DNA of 37,241 bases, taken from the IMG/VR virus record IMGVR_UViG_3300040734_000110, positions 1 through 37,241 of that record. The stretch is one strand, 5' to 3'. Under the pieces are notes generated by a model. The model ran no database searches. It saw only the letters and a program-made list of their open reading frames with translations, and was not told the origin of the DNA. Source of the stretch: a virus. Lineage: Duplodnaviria; Caudoviricetes. The translations under genes and the position numbers were made by a program. Shown here piece by piece: positions 36,398-37,241 of this stretch (position 1 is the first letter of the stretch; each line of letters opens with the position of its first letter).

Positions 36398-36811
36398 TTA
36401 ATCGCCATGATCATACAATTTGAATTTTGAATCTATCCAAATGATATAAAATGTTCTATCAATTCGATGTCCAACCATAGGTTTCATCCCTTGAAAACGG
36501 AATGCTAAGACTTTTTGAACATCATCCGTAATAATTTTTGGCAGTTTGCCGTTTATTTGGCCTTTTGGTATGGTCTCGGTTCCATGTTTATGCCGTGCTG
36601 TCGTTATTAATTCCGCCCAAGGGGTTGTCCCTAAAATTCTAAGTTTATCCAGCAAACAAGATCTTTCATCTTTGTTGCATCCACTCAATCCATATTGATC
36701 ATCCAAATATTCAAAAGAGAAATGAGGTGGTACATTATCATAAGACACCGGGGGTATTTCCGGTGTCTTAATTTTTTTTGACTTGTATGGTTTTGCCTTA
36801 ATTTTAACCAT
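36398..36811 (-). CDS. Putative toxin (RelE-like fold) paired with Panacea
   Basis: Overlaps the Panacea gene end; AFRF...MVGHR...FYIIWID...LYDHG. Confidence 0.6.
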   Translation of the reverse strand: MVKIKAKPYKSKKIKTPEIPPVSYDNVPPHFSFEYLDDQYGLSGCNKDERSCLLDKLRILGTTPWAELITTARHKHGTETIPKGQINGKLPKIITDDVQKVLAFRFQGMKPMVGHRIDRTFYIIWIDSKFKLYDHGD

Positions 36812-37241
36812 CGTGCTCGATTCTTGTTTCGAAATAGCTTTTCATAAGTTCTAGATCGATTTCATTGCCAATTGGAGTCTGATCCCAAGGAGGTTCCTCG
36901 TGAGACATATTCCGAAGTGCAAAAGCTGAAAATTGTCCAAAGACTTTATAAACCTCATCAAGTAAACCTAAAGTATCTTGATCAAAAACGCTTTTATCAA
37001 AAGTCTTCAAACCGGGGATTGGTTCAGCTCCTGATTGTTTAAAACTGCGATAAACATCAGGAACAACGGGGCCATGAGTCCAAGCCTCAATGGGATTGGA
37101 AAATAATGGCTTTTTAAAGAATGCTAAATAAAACCCTTGTGCATAATATAAGAGTTTTTGGAGTTTTAAATTAGTAATTGCTTCTTCTTCTTGGTAAGCC
37201 CGATACAAATAGTAGTAAGCCACTAGTATTGCTTCGTACAT
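36804..37241 (-). CDS. Panacea (DUF4065/GepA-like) antitoxin
   Basis: ITNLKLQKLLYYAQG, EAWTHGPV, SHEEPPW. Confidence 0.9.
   Translation of the reverse strand: MYEAILVAYYYLYRAYQEEEAITNLKLQKLLYYAQGFYLAFFKKPLFSNPIEAWTHGPVVPDVYRSFKQSGAEPIPGLKTFDKSVFDQDTLGLLDEVYKVFGQFSAFALRNMSHEEPPWDQTPIGNEIDLELMKSYFETRIEHDG

Larger units (their letters stand above)
1..37241. mobile_element. Temperate siphovirus-like prophage (HK97-type head, non-contractile tail); right att site not seen in window
   Basis: Canonical order of integrase, immunity, replication, lysis, packaging, head and tail modules. Confidence 0.95.

Overview
The window is a near-complete ~37 kb temperate siphovirus-type prophage. Host is probably Chloroflexota/Anaerolineae; this is an inference from protein style and GATC richness. 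Left to right it carries: a large serine integrase whose 3' end overlaps what looks like a tRNA 3' end (attL); an immunity region (XRE repressor and cro with divergent promoters); early genes including a tyrosine recombinase coupled to a Top6A/Spo11-like protein; a dif-like palindromic site; a primase-helicase split by one in-frame TGA and followed by an iteron origin; and two late operons that each start with a sigma70 promoter plus a related structured leader ending in a terminator. Late operon 1 encodes a TerS-like protein and two ParB-fused DNA methyltransferases. Late operon 2 encodes lysis genes, TerS/TerL, a portal-MuF fusion, an HK97 head and a long non-contractile tail with a -1 frameshifted chaperone. 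AT-rich accessory genes include YfbU and two Panacea (DUF4065) toxin-antitoxin pairs. The most unusual observations are the duplicated switch-like leader RNA, the Xer/dif-like site with its candidate recombinase-topoisomerase module, the split replicase with a stand-alone paralog of its winged-helix domain, small early proteins resembling the capsid A-domain, and the duplicated TerS/ParB-MTase module. All family assignments come from motif recognition by eye; no searches were run.
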